Source: Schmidtea polychroa
Taxonomy: Eukaryota
NCBI GenBank assembly: GCA_044892525.1
Contig: CM097886.1
Span: forward strand, 15,624,001-15,688,000
DNA: 64,000 nucleotides
Direction of reading: 5' to 3'
Shown here: positions 60,828 through 64,000 of the stretch, in pieces
Layout of the letters: the number at the start of each line of letters is the position of its first letter
Numbering within the stretch: the stretch's first letter is position 1
Position numbers and translations under genes: made by a program
Notes under the pieces: model-generated
What the model saw: only the letters and a program-made list of their open reading frames with translations
The model's database searches: none
Told to the model about the DNA's origin: nothing

Positions 60828-63800
60828 TTATGAGCGAAAAATAATTTACTAAATTATAGAATAATAGCGAAAAGAATAAAAACAAATTCTACCGATTTAT
60901 TAAAATGTATTGGCTCATTAATAGATGGACAAAAATAATTAAAAAAAACTATTAAGTCAGTGGGTTTGTAGCAAGCAGGTTCGAATCGACCTATCGGGTG
61001 ATCGCGCATCGCCCGATACGCCAGTAGCGCTTTTTATGGCAATGGGACAGCAGCTATTCACTACGTTTTTTCTCATTATTTAATTTACAACAATACCAAC
61101 AATAATCGTAGTGTATCGTGTGTCGTGCGCTGGATCTGTGATCTACATTCAGAATCTTAGCAAATAGAGGGCGATCATTATAGCCGAACTCTTAACATAT
61201 TTGCATTAAATGATCCAAATCGCCCTGACTGATTCGATCCCTTGATCCGACCCTGATAGCGAGTATTGCGTTATAACGCAAAAAAAGGTTACTTGCTATT
61301 CATTTAAATAAGCTACATTTTACAAAATTAATATCAGTAAAAGGTATATCTATGCTGTATTTATATTTATTTTTTTATTCACTCCACACACATTTTTGCC
61401 GACAAATTTGCTTGATTTGAGGTCCCTTGAAGAATATAAGGACGTTCATCACGTACAGCTTTCACTGAAATTTTTATAATGAACTAAAGCAGAACCACAT
61501 ATGGAAGAGCAAAACGTTTGGTTTTGTGAATTAAATTTTAGTTGAGAAGAGAGACACCCAAATCTTGTCTTTCCTTACACAGAAAATGCCAAGTCACCCA
61601 TGCGTACGTTGTATATTAAAATCAACAATCCTCAATCCTTAATTAGGTGTTTTAGATTATACACCGGGACTGAACATAAATTCAAATGAGTAATAAACCA
61701 AAATTTTTCAAATTATTCAATCATGCCTACACGACCAACAAAGCTCTACAAAACACCCCCTTGAAGTGGTTGCATTCATTGGACCTTTACTCAAGTACAC
61801 CGTGAAAACACTTGCATTTGTGACAGTTCTTATAGCAAGTTCTAAAACTCCACAATACTATCGATTATTATGGCCGGCATCAAAGTAGATTATGCAAATT
61901 AACAATAAGATTTTTGAATTTTTTTTGAATTATTTGTTTGAATACGTCTGATTAGATGATACTTAAAAATTAGTTTGAAGAAATAATTCTGACCTCAAGC
62001 CGACTTATGCAATGATTATATCTAAATTGAAGTCTTTTAGAAGTCTCAGGGGATATTCTAATAAGTTTTGTAAGAAAAATAAGAAGACTAATAATGATAT
62101 GACAGTTGCATGTTAACTTAAATTTATTCTTTCTTGTTAAGAGTAGGATAAAATTCCGTTGCACTGGTAGCTTTATGGAAAGAGTTTAATTTTATATTTG
62201 AAGAACGTTTTCCAATCTTTAAGAAGTTGATAAAGTATTGAGTCAATACTATTGACGCCTTTTTATCAAATACACAATAAATAAACAAGTACCTACGTTG
62301 CTAAAAACAACAATCACTTACTAGGCCTTTTCAAGGTACTTTCTAGTTCTTCTTTAATTCTTTAATTTTCTTTTAAGTTCTTCAATTATTCTTTCTCTAC
62401 CTGAGGTTGTTTCTTTTTTGTTGATTTATCAAGATTATATATTAATAAATTAATGATATTATGTTTTTGTCCTCTTTTACATTGATATTTTTACTATTCC
62501 TATTATTATTCTATTGAAAAGGATTATCTTATAATGGAAAAGTTTGTCTCACTTAATACATGCTTTCAGCGGGGGCCTATCTTGCCATTTACTTGTTTAA
62601 CATTTAATTTATGCTGCTAACGAGAAACAAACAGTTTATATTATTGCTGGACTTGAACCCATGCAAGTTCCAGGGTACACACATATGTACCGCAAAAACA
62701 ATACTAAAAATACGATCAAACAACAATAATAACAAGTAATAATTAAAAGAATTAAATAAAACAAATATAATAAAATTGCAATTCACGAAGTCGCAAATAA
62801 TAACATATTTAGAATAATTAAAAAAGAGCATAAAAAGAACTGCCTTTACACGGAATTCTTGCATTCTGTGGGTCGCTGGTGATGTAGCCAACTAGGAAAT
62901 CAAATTTATGCGACATCGGTAACCGGAATTTAAGCAATAAAACAAATATATCACACTTGTCGTTAACTCCAGGTAGAAATGGAGCATAAAAAATGTTAAA
63001 ATTAATATTAATAATTCAACATATTTTCCACTTAAATCGGTATTATATTCTGTCTAGAATTATATTTCTCAATTTATATCCATATTTTGTTTTAATTATT
63101 AACAGATTTTAGCACACTAATAAATAGCTCTTCAAACCTTTTAATTAAAAAATTTTGTCGCCATTTATAAAAAAAACACTTATTTTGCAATCTTNNNNNN
63201 NNNNNNNNNNNNNNNNNNNNNNNNNNNNNNNNNNNNNNNNNNNNNNNNNNNNNNNNNNNNNNNNNNNNNNNNNNNNNNNNNNNNNNNNNNNNNNNNNNNN
63301 NNNNNNNNNNNNNNNNNNNNNNNNNNNNNNNNNNNNNNNNNNNNNNNNNNNNNNAAAAGATTTACCATAATTGTCAGATTCCAAATTCGACTTTCAAATA
63401 AATCTCCATTAATCCACCAAAGAATATTTGATGAGTCGATCTGGAAGTTTGGAGGGTCGTAGATATTTTCTGGTTGTCCTGGTGCTACACTAATAAGGTA
63501 ATATGAATTTCGAAATGAATTTTTGTCCAACTGCAACAGATTAGAAATGATGGCTGGCTTTTTAATCATTTCCGGAATCTAAAATTATTAATTATCCCAA
63601 CTACATATCAGTTCAGCAATTCAAAGGGGAATTAATGGGATAAAATGATATTAGTATGCAAATACATGGTAGCCGATAATTACATGATAATTTACATATT
63701 TATTCACACCATTCACATTGATAGATTACAGAACCGCTATGGCTCCGAAATTAATTAGGATTTTTTTTTCATTTTAGCACTTTTGTCTGGTTTTTTATAA

Positions 63801-64000
63801 TAACATAGCCCACATTGTAGCACTCATAGGTGCTTTAAGAAGCTCTTCAAAAATGTTTTTAGAATTTGATGCCTCTTTATTTATTTATATTAAAATGGGG
63901 CAATATATAATTTGAAATGTTATTAAATGCCATTTACATTTGTTTGAAATAATAAATTATAAATTTATAACAATATGGGTCTATGGGATAATATGTTGGA

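Noticed and set aside
60960-61030. tRNA gene
   Set aside because: The T-loop motif is present but the T-stem (GCAGG/CGACC) does not pair and no cloverleaf forms.

Overview
Very AT-rich animal (metazoan) genomic DNA with many short N blocks; the taxon cannot be fixed from sequence alone. Host genes, all on the minus strand: a multi-exon INTS5 orthologue with mostly 36-58 nt introns (7970 to about 1867), an RNF115/126-like RING gene with degenerate zinc ligands, a cold-shock/Y-box domain fragment, and the 3' half of a cadherin. Most other sequence is transposon debris: hAT and pogo MITEs, a Helitron, several solo LTRs, and nested hAT elements at 16.4-25.4 kb. The most unusual region is a Gypsy (Metaviridae-like) LTR-retroelement mosaic at about 25.5-36.5 kb with three atypical cargo modules. 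(1) A chuvirus-type (class III fusion) glycoprotein ectodomain joined in frame to a half-protease/RT. (2) A signal-peptide + FN3 + TM membrane protein continuing in frame from integrase. (3) An extra ORF behind a splice acceptor that encodes a REX4/ISG20-like DEDD exonuclease fold lacking most catalytic residues. This copy is disabled by frameshifts, stops and a solo LTR. All family assignments come from motif recognition by eye; no database search was run.
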